64,000 bases of DNA from contig OZ223209.1 of the NCBI GenBank assembly GCA_965140415.1, positions 5,824,001 to 5,888,000 of the forward strand, in the 5' to 3' direction. The notes below the pieces were generated by a model. The model saw only the letters and a list, made by a program, of their open reading frames with translations, ran no database searches and was not told where the DNA came from. The DNA is from Myxococcota bacterium (GTDB lineage: Bacteria; Myxococcota_A; SURF-8). Made by a program: the position numbers and the translations under genes. Below are positions 56,179 through 64,000 of this stretch, piece after piece (the first letter of the stretch is position 1; each line of letters starts with the position of its first letter).

Positions 56179-58686
56179 ATGAAACAGAGGCCCTGCATCC
56201 CATTTTCGTTGTTGTTGGTTGTTTTGCTGTTCGTGCAAGGTTGCGCTGCCGGTTCCTTCATCGCGTATAAAACCAACCCCGATTATCCCAAAGCGAAAGA
56301 TCAAACCATCCTTTTAGATGGCCTGTCCGCACCGGTCAAGGTGTTCATCGATGAAGCCGGAGTGAGCCACGTGCAGGCGCAAAACGATCTGGACCTGCTG
56401 CGCGCCGTCGGTTTCGTGCAGGGACGCGATCGCTTTTTCGGCATGGACGCCATGCGCCGCATCGCCAGGGGTCGTATGAGCGAACTGGTCGGCGAACAAC
56501 CGCTGTTGGACAGCACCACGGTGGATTTCGATCTGAGTATGCGCGGCTGGGGTTTCGACAAAGCCGTGGAACAGGATGCCGCCTTGATGAGCGAACAGGA
56601 TCGAAAACGCTTGCAGGCTTATGCCGATGGCGTCAATCGCGCTTTAGCCCTGTATCCCCCGTTGGAATATCGCCTGTTGCGGGTACAAGCCCAACCTTGG
56701 AGCGTTCAGGACAGTTTCGCCATTGGGCGTTTGTTGGCCTGGAGTCTCGCGCACAACTATCACCAGGAACTCTCCCGCCTGATTCTGGCTTATTACGGCG
56801 GCTTGGAACGTTCCCAAAAGATTTACGGCCATGATTTCTGGCACGGTGGCTTTTCGCTTCCGGATGCAACGGAAGAATTGAAGCCGTTGCCGCCGGCCAT
56901 CGCACCGGAGTTGCAAGAGTGGTTCCCGCCGCGTCCTTACGAGGCAACCAGGCGAGATGTCGTGGCCATGCATCGACCGGCGGCGGATATGGCAAAATTG
57001 GCCGGAGCAAGCAATAGCTGGGCGGTAAGCGGAGCATGGAGCAAAAGCGGCGAGCCCCTCGTTGCCAGCGATCCTCACCTGGCGCACATGCTGCCTTCGA
57101 TGTTTTACCAGCAGCACATCGCCTCGCCGGGGCTGGACGCTATCGGTGTTACCGTGGCCGGATTGCCTTACGTACTGATCGGGCACAACGAGCGCGTGGC
57201 CTGGGCGGCGACGACCTCCGTTGCTGACGCCATCGACCTCTACATCGAAAAGGTCAATCCCGAAAATCCGGGCGAATATCTTACACCAGAAGGGTATAAA
57301 AGCTTCGAGTCGGAGGATGTCACCATCCGCGTGCGTAACGGCGGCGAATACGATGAGAAAGCCTTCACGATCCGGCGCAGCCGACATGGCGCGCTGGTGA
57401 ACGACATGTTCCCGAACCTGCTACCGCAGGATATGCCGCCGGTGGCCTTGAAATGGGACATGAGTGGCGTCAGTAACAGCATTTCGGCCTTGTACGAAGC
57501 CAACCGGGCCGCTACCGTCGTGGAATTGCGGCAGGCGCTATGCAAAATCACGGTACCCAGCCAGAGCTGGTCTGCCGGAGATGTCGATGGCAATATTTCT
57601 CATTTCATGAGCGGCGTATTGCCGACTCGCGCCCAGCATCTGGGCACCTTTCCCGTTCCCGGCTGGTTGCCGCAGTATGAATGGACGGGCCGCTACGATC
57701 CGTTGCAATTGCCCGGTGCCGTGAAAAACGAGGGCGGCTACTTCGCGCACGGCAACAACCTGAGCATTCATCCGCAAAAAGGCGGCGACTATGTCCAGAT
57801 CGACAGTGCCCCCTCCTATCGTTTGGATCGCATCAGCGAGATGCTGGAACAGTCCAAGGCTCACACCATCGACAGCATGGCCGTGATTCAAAAAGATCAG
57901 AAATCTCTGCGCGCAAAGCGTATCACGCCGCGTTTGCTGGAAGTTCTCGACGCCGCCTCCGATTTGCCGGAAATCGCCGTTAGGGCACGAGATATACTGA
58001 AAAACTGGGATTTCGGAACCGAGGCGAACTCTCCCGCCGCTGCGTTGTTTTTCGTTACCTACCGCAATGCCATTATGAAAGCGCTGGAAGACGAAGTGGA
58101 TGCACGCGGTTTCCAGTTTTTCCTTTCGCAGCGTTATTCCACCAACGTAGCCGATCTCTGGTTCGACGACGAGCATCACGTGGTGTGGGATCATCGCGGT
58201 ACCGCAGACAAAACCGAAACACGCACGGAAATCGTCACGTCGGCGTTTCTGGAAACCGTTGAGATGCTACACCAAACCCAGGGTGAGGATCCAAGCGCCT
58301 GGCGCTGGGGGAAGCTGCACGATCAATACGTTAAGCACGTGTTTGGAGGAAAGAAAGCGCTGGCTAAAACGGTGAACCTGCCGCAGGCCGAAGTGGGTGG
58401 AGGCCTGGATACGGTGTGGAAGTCGCATTTCGATCTGGGTCATCCGAAAACACCCTTCCGCGCCATGGCGGGACCGGCATTCCGCATGATCGTCGATCTG
58501 GAGGACATTCAGCATGGCGTATGGATTTCGGATACGGGAACCAGTGGCTGGCCGCTGTCGCCCTATTACGGCAACCAGCACGAACGCTGGATTCGGGCCG
58601 AGTATTTCCCGATGGTGACCAACTGGGAAGAAATCGGCAAACAGGCCACGGCAACGTTGACGCTGGAGGCCAAAAGTACAAAGTAA
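56179..58686 (+). CDS. Penicillin acylase family (Ntn-hydrolase) lipoprotein
   Basis: Lipobox VQG-C; GVSHV, DRFFGMD, A-SNSWAV cleavage site, DPHL, WRWGKLH; GAGGAG RBS. Confidence 0.92.
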   Translation: MKQRPCIPFSLLLVVLLFVQGCAAGSFIAYKTNPDYPKAKDQTILLDGLSAPVKVFIDEAGVSHVQAQNDLDLLRAVGFVQGRDRFFGMDAMRRIARGRMSELVGEQPLLDSTTVDFDLSMRGWGFDKAVEQDAALMSEQDRKRLQAYADGVNRALALYPPLEYRLLRVQAQPWSVQDSFAIGRLLAWSLAHNYHQELSRLILAYYGGLERSQKIYGHDFWHGGFSLPDATEELKPLPPAIAPELQEWFPPRPYEATRRDVVAMHRPAADMAKLAGASNSWAVSGAWSKSGEPLVASDPHLAHMLPSMFYQQHIASPGLDAIGVTVAGLPYVLIGHNERVAWAATTSVADAIDLYIEKVNPENPGEYLTPEGYKSFESEDVTIRVRNGGEYDEKAFTIRRSRHGALVNDMFPNLLPQDMPPVALKWDMSGVSNSISALYEANRAATVVELRQALCKITVPSQSWSAGDVDGNISHFMSGVLPTRAQHLGTFPVPGWLPQYEWTGRYDPLQLPGAVKNEGGYFAHGNNLSIHPQKGGDYVQIDSAPSYRLDRISEMLEQSKAHTIDSMAVIQKDQKSLRAKRITPRLLEVLDAASDLPEIAVRARDILKNWDFGTEANSPAAALFFVTYRNAIMKALEDEVDARGFQFFLSQRYSTNVADLWFDDEHHVVWDHRGTADKTETRTEIVTSAFLETVEMLHQTQGEDPSAWRWGKLHDQYVKHVFGGKKALAKTVNLPQAEVGGGLDTVWKSHFDLGHPKTPFRAMAGPAFRMIVDLEDIQHGVWISDTGTSGWPLSPYYGNQHERWIRAEYFPMVTNWEEIGKQATATLTLEAKSTK

Positions 58687-58719
58687 GGTGCAGTAAGTTG
58701 CAAACGAACGGGTGAGGAT

Positions 58720-59982
58720 ATGCGCAATCGATCTCTTGGTCATGTGATAGTCCTGCTTTTCGGCATCCTGATTTCCATCGGGATAGCCGAAACAGTGAGC
58801 TACGTGTTGTTGCAGATGGAATTTAATGGAGTTTCAAATCGCAGCGAAACGCAGCATAAGCTAGCAGGCAAGGCCAGCGCGGAAACCGTGACCCTGGAAT
58901 TGATGACCGATACACACGGCAGCAACATCCTTCACCCCTATTGGGGATTTGCCATCAATCGCGATAAGGTGTCGGGAGTAAATCGCCTGGGCCTGGTCGG
59001 TCCCGAACCTCCAACTGTTACCGATGAGCGCAAGGTCGCCGTAGCGTTATTGGGCGGATCGGTGGCGCTTGAACTGGGTGCTCACAAGCAGGCTCTGTTG
59101 TCTGCCTTGCAGCGCGTAGAACACTGGAAGGACAAAGAGATTCTGCTGCTGCCTTACGGCGTAGCCGGGGGAAAGCAGCCGCAACAGCTTTTACAGCTTA
59201 CCTATCTGCTGAGCCTTGGATATCATATCGATGCCGTGATCAACCTGGACGGCTTCAACGAATTGACCCTGCCCCTAGTCGACAATATCCCGTATCACGT
59301 TGCGCTTTCCTTTCCGCGAAACTGGCGTTTGTACTCGCGCCTCGGTCTGGACGCCAAGCTGAGCCGCATGATGTACGAAGCCAATAAACTCGAAAGCGAG
59401 CGGCTGGGTTTGAAAGCGGCCTTTTCCATCGGTCTTGCGCCGTCCTCGAATACGGCTCTGTTGGTTTATAATTTGCTGGATCAACGTAAGACGCAACGCT
59501 TTCAAGCGTTGAATCAACAGATCCAACAATACGCCGACAATCAGCAGCCCGGTTTTCAAACCAGCGGTCCCTTTGAGGAAACGGAATCCATGAAACAGCA
59601 AATGACGCAGGCAGTCTCGCTTTGGCAGCGTTCATCCATCCAGCTTGATAGACTATGCACCGCAAACGGCATCGACTATTACCATTTCCTGCAACCCAAT
59701 CAGTATTTGAAAGATTCCAAGCCGATGGGCCCCGAAGAGGCAAAGCTGGCGCTGCGTTCGGATCATCCCTACGGCAAGGTGGCTCGGGTGGGTTACTCAT
59801 TACTGGTGCAGGGTGGGAAAGATCTACTACAGGCCGGTGTGCATTATCACGATCTGACCATGATTTTCCAGCAGGAAAATGAGCCGATGTATAAAGATAG
59901 CTGCTGCCACTTCAACGAGCAGGGCTATCAACGCATCGCCGATGCCATTGCGGCTGCCATTTCTAAATTCGAGAAAAAGTAA
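58720..59982 (+). CDS. Membrane-anchored SGNH-like hypothetical protein
   Basis: N-terminal TM; GGSVA, DGFNE, LQP and DxxH (DSCCH) blocks. Confidence 0.65.
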   Translation: MRNRSLGHVIVLLFGILISIGIAETVSYVLLQMEFNGVSNRSETQHKLAGKASAETVTLELMTDTHGSNILHPYWGFAINRDKVSGVNRLGLVGPEPPTVTDERKVAVALLGGSVALELGAHKQALLSALQRVEHWKDKEILLLPYGVAGGKQPQQLLQLTYLLSLGYHIDAVINLDGFNELTLPLVDNIPYHVALSFPRNWRLYSRLGLDAKLSRMMYEANKLESERLGLKAAFSIGLAPSSNTALLVYNLLDQRKTQRFQALNQQIQQYADNQQPGFQTSGPFEETESMKQQMTQAVSLWQRSSIQLDRLCTANGIDYYHFLQPNQYLKDSKPMGPEEAKLALRSDHPYGKVARVGYSLLVQGGKDLLQAGVHYHDLTMIFQQENEPMYKDSCCHFNEQGYQRIADAIAAAISKFEKK

Positions 59983-60034
59983 GCGGATAAAATAAAGTAT
60001 GGCCTCATCATAGTGAATTACTGAACCACACTGC

Positions 60035-60066
60035 AAGCCTTCGGAAAGATCTCCGAAGGCTTTTTT
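60035..60066 (+). terminator. Intrinsic terminator
   Basis: AAGCCTTCGGA-AAGATC-TCCGAAGGCTT followed by a T run. Confidence 0.8.
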
Positions 60067-60282
60067 GATGCTCATATCCGTAGCCGTAGCGGCGAGGTGT
60101 AAACCCGCCGTTTTCCGGCTGGCTCGCTCTTCGTCGCTACAGAAAGACATGTCCCTAATTATTTTAGATTTTTGCGCGATACCGAGAAATCCTATCGGAA
60201 TGGTTTCAAAATTGTTATACTCTGAATTCTCGACAATCGAATCATGAACGAATCCCCTTGCTTTTTTCGCGGAGTTGGACGG

Positions 60283-62802
60283 ATGAACCAGACACACAAC
60301 CAGGTAGCGATTATTGGCGCTGGGCAGGCAGGACTTTCTGCCGCGTTGTTTCTGGCCGAGACGGGCCTGTCGGTCGAACTGATCGAACGCCGGGACACGT
60401 TGGGCGGTCATGGCTCGGACTGGTCCTGCATGGCGACGGAAGGCTGCCGTTATTGCAGCGCCTGTACGGTAGCCGAACTGGTGGAGAAAGCGAAATCGCA
60501 TCCCTCGATTCACGTGCATACCGCTCAGCATGTCACGCGCACAAGCAAAAATGGCAACGGGTTCGAATTGAGCCTGAACGACGGCAAAAGCCTGCAAGCA
60601 CAGGCGGTGATGCTGGCGATGGGAATGCGTCCCTTCGATCCGACCCCGCTGGAACCACTGGGTTACGGTCGGCTGGAAGGGGTTACGACCACTGTGGAGT
60701 TGAACCGCATTCTGCGCGAGAACCGCCTGAATGACTTTCTGCCTGAAGGCGATCGAGCGGCAAAGGTGGCGTTCATTCAATGCGTCGGTTCACGTGATAA
60801 GGAAAACGGCGGGGCCTATTGTTCGCAGGTCTGCTGCAAAGTGGCGGTCCGGCTGGCGCACAAGCTGTCGCATCTGCGCCCGGATGCGGAACTGACGGTC
60901 TTCACCATCGATTTGCAAAACAGTGGTAAGGTCTTTCGCTCGTTTGTCGATGAAATCTCGCCGCGCGTACAGTTCGTGCAGGGCGCACCGGCGGAAATCC
61001 GCCCGACTGCCGAAAATGGGCTGGTGATCATTCATGAGAATCCTGAAAGCGGCGGACGCGAGCCGTTAACGTTCGACCGTATCGTTTTAGCGGTCGGTAT
61101 GACACCACCAGCGGAATTGGGCGATCTACTAAACAGCTTGGGTGCTGCAACCGATGAATACGGCTTTATCGACCCGGCCAGCCTGCCGGAAAATGTCTTC
61201 GCCATCGGAGCGGCCACCGGTCCCACCGATTTAATCAACGCACGCGCCGATGCACTCGCCAAAGCCGGAGAACTGGCCCAGCGTCTGCTTTCAAATGGTC
61301 CTGTAGAAAACAACAAGTTAAATCTGGCCGTTATCGGCGGCGGTCCTGCCGCGCAGGCGGTGGCACAGGCGGCATTGCAGCGCGGCTACCAGGTGAACCT
61401 GATCGACGAACAACAGCGCAGCATAGAGCCGCATGAAGCGCTTCAATACACTCCTTCCGCCTCGTTGGTCAATCTTACCGGCGTGTTGGGAGATTTCACC
61501 CTGACATTGATGACCTCGCAGGGGCGGCAACGCGTACCGGCTGCGGCGATCGTGCTTGCCACCGGCGCGACGAGAGAACGCAACCTGCCCGAGGGATTAC
61601 CAACCGATTCCACCCAGGCGCTGTTTCTTCCTGAATTGGCCGAGCGCATGCAAACGGATCTTTCCGCCCTTCCTGCACGCATCGCGTTTTGGATCGACCG
61701 CGAGGGACCGGAATGGAAAGCTCATGCCCGGCAGGCGTTGAAGCTGGCCCTGCAACTGGCTGAAAACGGACGACGGATTTCTTTGTTTTCCGAGAAAATG
61801 CTGGTGCATGGCTTATACGGACAAGCGCTCTACGACAAGGCCAAACAGGCAGGTGTACGTTTTCTGCGCTTGAAAGCGGGAAGCCGTCCCCGTATCGAAA
61901 CCGATGCCGATGCGTTGCATGTCACGTTGAATGAAGCCACGATTCCCGGCGATGAACTTCAGGTAGACTGTGATCTGCTCGTACTGGCGGAAGCCGTGCG
62001 ACCCAATGAGGAAAATCAGGAGCTGGCGATCTTATTGCGTGAAGACGCCGATGGCGAAGGCTTCATGCAGTCGCCCAACGTGCGCCAGCGTCCCGTCAAC
62101 GGCTTCTGGCGCGGCGTCGCTTATGCCGGGGACTGTCACGACGAACTGGAGCCGGAGGAATTGAAACGCGAAGCGCTGGCGGTGATTTCTTCGCTGGATG
62201 CGTTGCTACGCTACGCCAAGCCGCCGGAACTGGCCCCGGTCATCATCAATGAAAAGAAATGCGTACGCTGTCTGACCTGCTTCTCGGTCTGTCCGCATCG
62301 CGCCATCGAACTGCTGAAAGGCAGCCAGCCGCACATTCTGCCCACCGCCTGCGTCGGTTGCGGTATCTGCGCGGGAAGTTGCCCGGCCCTGGCTATCGAC
62401 CACAACACCAGCACCAATGAACAGCTTGCCGGAGAAGGCACCGAGCCTGAGTTGGTTCTCTTCGCCTGTGAGCGTAGCGCAGCCTTGGCGTTCGAGCAGG
62501 CACAAGCGCTGGGATTGTCCGTCTCCGAGCAGCGTATGCGCCTGGTGCGAGTTCCCTGTGCGGGTCGGGTCGGCATCGAATCGCTTTTAGACCCGCTGAT
62601 TCGCGGAGCAAAACAGGTCGCGCTGTTGGGTTGTCACGAGGGCAACTGTCGCAGCAAGTACGGTAGCCACTTCGGCGAGAATCGCATCGAGCGCGCCCGC
62701 ATCGGTCTGGGTTCGCAAAGCGAGCGCATCCGCTTTTTCCCGGTAGCCGCCAACGAACCGGAGAGTGTGCGTGACATCCTGAAATCACTACTCCCCGATT
62801 GA
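60283..62802 (+). CDS. Compact HdrA-like flavoprotein fused to ferredoxin and MvhD-like domains
   Basis: GAGQAG, CRYCSAC, QCVGSRD...CSQVCC, second GGGP module, CVRCLTC..VCP, CVGCGIC..SCP, FACERS, VPCAGRV, GCHEGNC. Confidence 0.85.
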   Translation: MNQTHNQVAIIGAGQAGLSAALFLAETGLSVELIERRDTLGGHGSDWSCMATEGCRYCSACTVAELVEKAKSHPSIHVHTAQHVTRTSKNGNGFELSLNDGKSLQAQAVMLAMGMRPFDPTPLEPLGYGRLEGVTTTVELNRILRENRLNDFLPEGDRAAKVAFIQCVGSRDKENGGAYCSQVCCKVAVRLAHKLSHLRPDAELTVFTIDLQNSGKVFRSFVDEISPRVQFVQGAPAEIRPTAENGLVIIHENPESGGREPLTFDRIVLAVGMTPPAELGDLLNSLGAATDEYGFIDPASLPENVFAIGAATGPTDLINARADALAKAGELAQRLLSNGPVENNKLNLAVIGGGPAAQAVAQAALQRGYQVNLIDEQQRSIEPHEALQYTPSASLVNLTGVLGDFTLTLMTSQGRQRVPAAAIVLATGATRERNLPEGLPTDSTQALFLPELAERMQTDLSALPARIAFWIDREGPEWKAHARQALKLALQLAENGRRISLFSEKMLVHGLYGQALYDKAKQAGVRFLRLKAGSRPRIETDADALHVTLNEATIPGDELQVDCDLLVLAEAVRPNEENQELAILLREDADGEGFMQSPNVRQRPVNGFWRGVAYAGDCHDELEPEELKREALAVISSLDALLRYAKPPELAPVIINEKKCVRCLTCFSVCPHRAIELLKGSQPHILPTACVGCGICAGSCPALAIDHNTSTNEQLAGEGTEPELVLFACERSAALAFEQAQALGLSVSEQRMRLVRVPCAGRVGIESLLDPLIRGAKQVALLGCHEGNCRSKYGSHFGENRIERARIGLGSQSERIRFFPVAANEPESVRDILKSLLPD

Positions 62803-62814
62803 TCGGAGCGATCC

Positions 62815-64000
62815 ATGAGCAAAGCCATTTTAAAGCACCACATGTCCCTGCTTGAACGTCTGACCGGCGAACCGTTGGGAGAGCGCGCCGTCGATTGCCT
62901 GGCCTGCGGGAAATGTATTTCGCGTTGCAGTTGGTACGACGAAGCCGGCGGTCCCAACCCGCGCCAACTGGTGCGCATGGCGGTATTGGGTTTGGAGGAG
63001 CAACTGGCAAGCAGCGACATGCTGTGGACCTGCATGTGCTGCAATCGCTGCGCGACAAGCTGTCCCATGGGCATCGACATCGGAAATCTGGTTCGGCTGG
63101 CGCGCGGACTGCCAGGCGCGGCGCATCAGATCCCGGAAGATTTCAAGCGCGGTATCAACTTCCGGCTGACGGTGGGAAACGTCAACGGGGTGGAAAAAGA
63201 AGACTACGTCGATACGCTGGAGTGGCTGGCCGAGGAATGGCAGGCGGAAGAGGAAAACGCGGCAATACCGATCGATGCGCCAGATTGTGAGTACGTCTAT
63301 CTGCCCAACCCGCGCGAAGTCGACCAGATTCCCATGCACCTGTTGGCCATGTGCCGTCTGCTGGCCGCCAGCGGTCAAAGCTGGACCTTGTGCTCCGATC
63401 TTTCCGACGTCACCAACTGGGGCTATTTCATCGCCGATGACGAAGCCGGGGCGCAGATAGCCAAACAGGTTGTAGACGCCATGGGAAAGCTCGGCGGGAA
63501 AACGCTGGTTTTAAGCGAATGCGGCCATGGCTACATCGTGTTAAAAGAATTCGCCGAGCGCTGGCTGGGACGTCCGCTGCCTTTCCGGGTGGCCAACATC
63601 GTCGAAGTCGTATTGGAAAACGTGGAAGCGGGGCGCATCAAGCTTGATAAAAACGCCACACCCGAAGCGGTGGTCTATCACGATCCCTGCAAGATCGGGC
63701 GCGGCTGCAAGCTTTACGAACAACCAAGGCGGCTATTGGCACACGTCTGCCCCGAAGTGCAGGATCTCTGGCCCAACCGGAAGCACTCGATCTGCTGCGG
63801 TGGAGGCGGCGGATTTTTACAGGACAGCAAGAGCATCGAAAAGCGCATGCACAGCGGTAAAAGTAAAGCCGATCAGATGGCGCAGGCAAGCGCCAAGATC
63901 GTAGCGACAAGCTGCCTTTCCTGCCATCGCCAACTAGGGGAATTATCGCACCACTACAAGCTGGGAAAAGATGTGACAACCGTTGCCAGTCTGGCCGCAA
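62815..64000 (+). CDS. HdrD-like Fe-S/CCG oxidoreductase (partial, runs off the window)
   Basis: Hand-translated open frame that is absent from the ORF track: CLACGKCISRC, WTCMCCNRCATSCP, ECGHG, YHDPC, CCGGGGG, CLSC; GGAG RBS. Confidence 0.88.
   Translation, partial: MSKAILKHHMSLLERLTGEPLGERAVDCLACGKCISRCSWYDEAGGPNPRQLVRMAVLGLEEQLASSDMLWTCMCCNRCATSCPMGIDIGNLVRLARGLPGAAHQIPEDFKRGINFRLTVGNVNGVEKEDYVDTLEWLAEEWQAEEENAAIPIDAPDCEYVYLPNPREVDQIPMHLLAMCRLLAASGQSWTLCSDLSDVTNWGYFIADDEAGAQIAKQVVDAMGKLGGKTLVLSECGHGYIVLKEFAERWLGRPLPFRVANIVEVVLENVEAGRIKLDKNATPEAVVYHDPCKIGRGCKLYEQPRRLLAHVCPEVQDLWPNRKHSICCGGGGGFLQDSKSIEKRMHSGKSKADQMAQASAKIVATSCLSCHRQLGELSHHYKLGKDVTTVASLAA

Overview
Bacterial DNA, probably from a 'deltaproteobacterial' anaerobe (inferred). 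Most of the window encodes the Wood-Ljungdahl pathway. (i) A minus-strand carbonyl-branch operon: small ORF-acsD-cooS(acsA)-acsB-acsC-acsE, then cooC, with cooT converging on it. (ii) Divergent fhs-folD. (iii) A 10-gene minus-strand operon: metF-like, PAS kinase, hdrC, hdrB, hdrA, mvhD, metV, metF, receiver, hybrid kinase. This is an Hdr/Mvh-coupled methylene-THF reductase with signalling genes interleaved; its mvhD has an in-frame UGA plus a SECIS-like hairpin (selenoprotein). (iv) A second Hdr-like locus at the right edge. The rest is housekeeping (purF, trmJ-like, tRNA-Gly(CCC), glmU, glmS) and envelope genes of a myxobacteria-like style: three Asp/Cys-rich 'DGD' lipoproteins, including a 2349-aa giant, and a large TPR receptor-type Ser/Thr kinase. 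The most striking observation is that the C-terminus of AcsD and the N-terminus of the adjacent CooS carry a homologous ~42-aa strand+coiled-coil module with oppositely charged linkers. Each copy sits on a long Ala/Lys/Pro arm, which suggests a docking system tethering the corrinoid protein to CODH/ACS. No CRISPR array, rRNA or intact mobile element was seen. Formate dehydrogenase and an AcsV-type activator are not in this window. All calls come from motif reading only; no searches were run.
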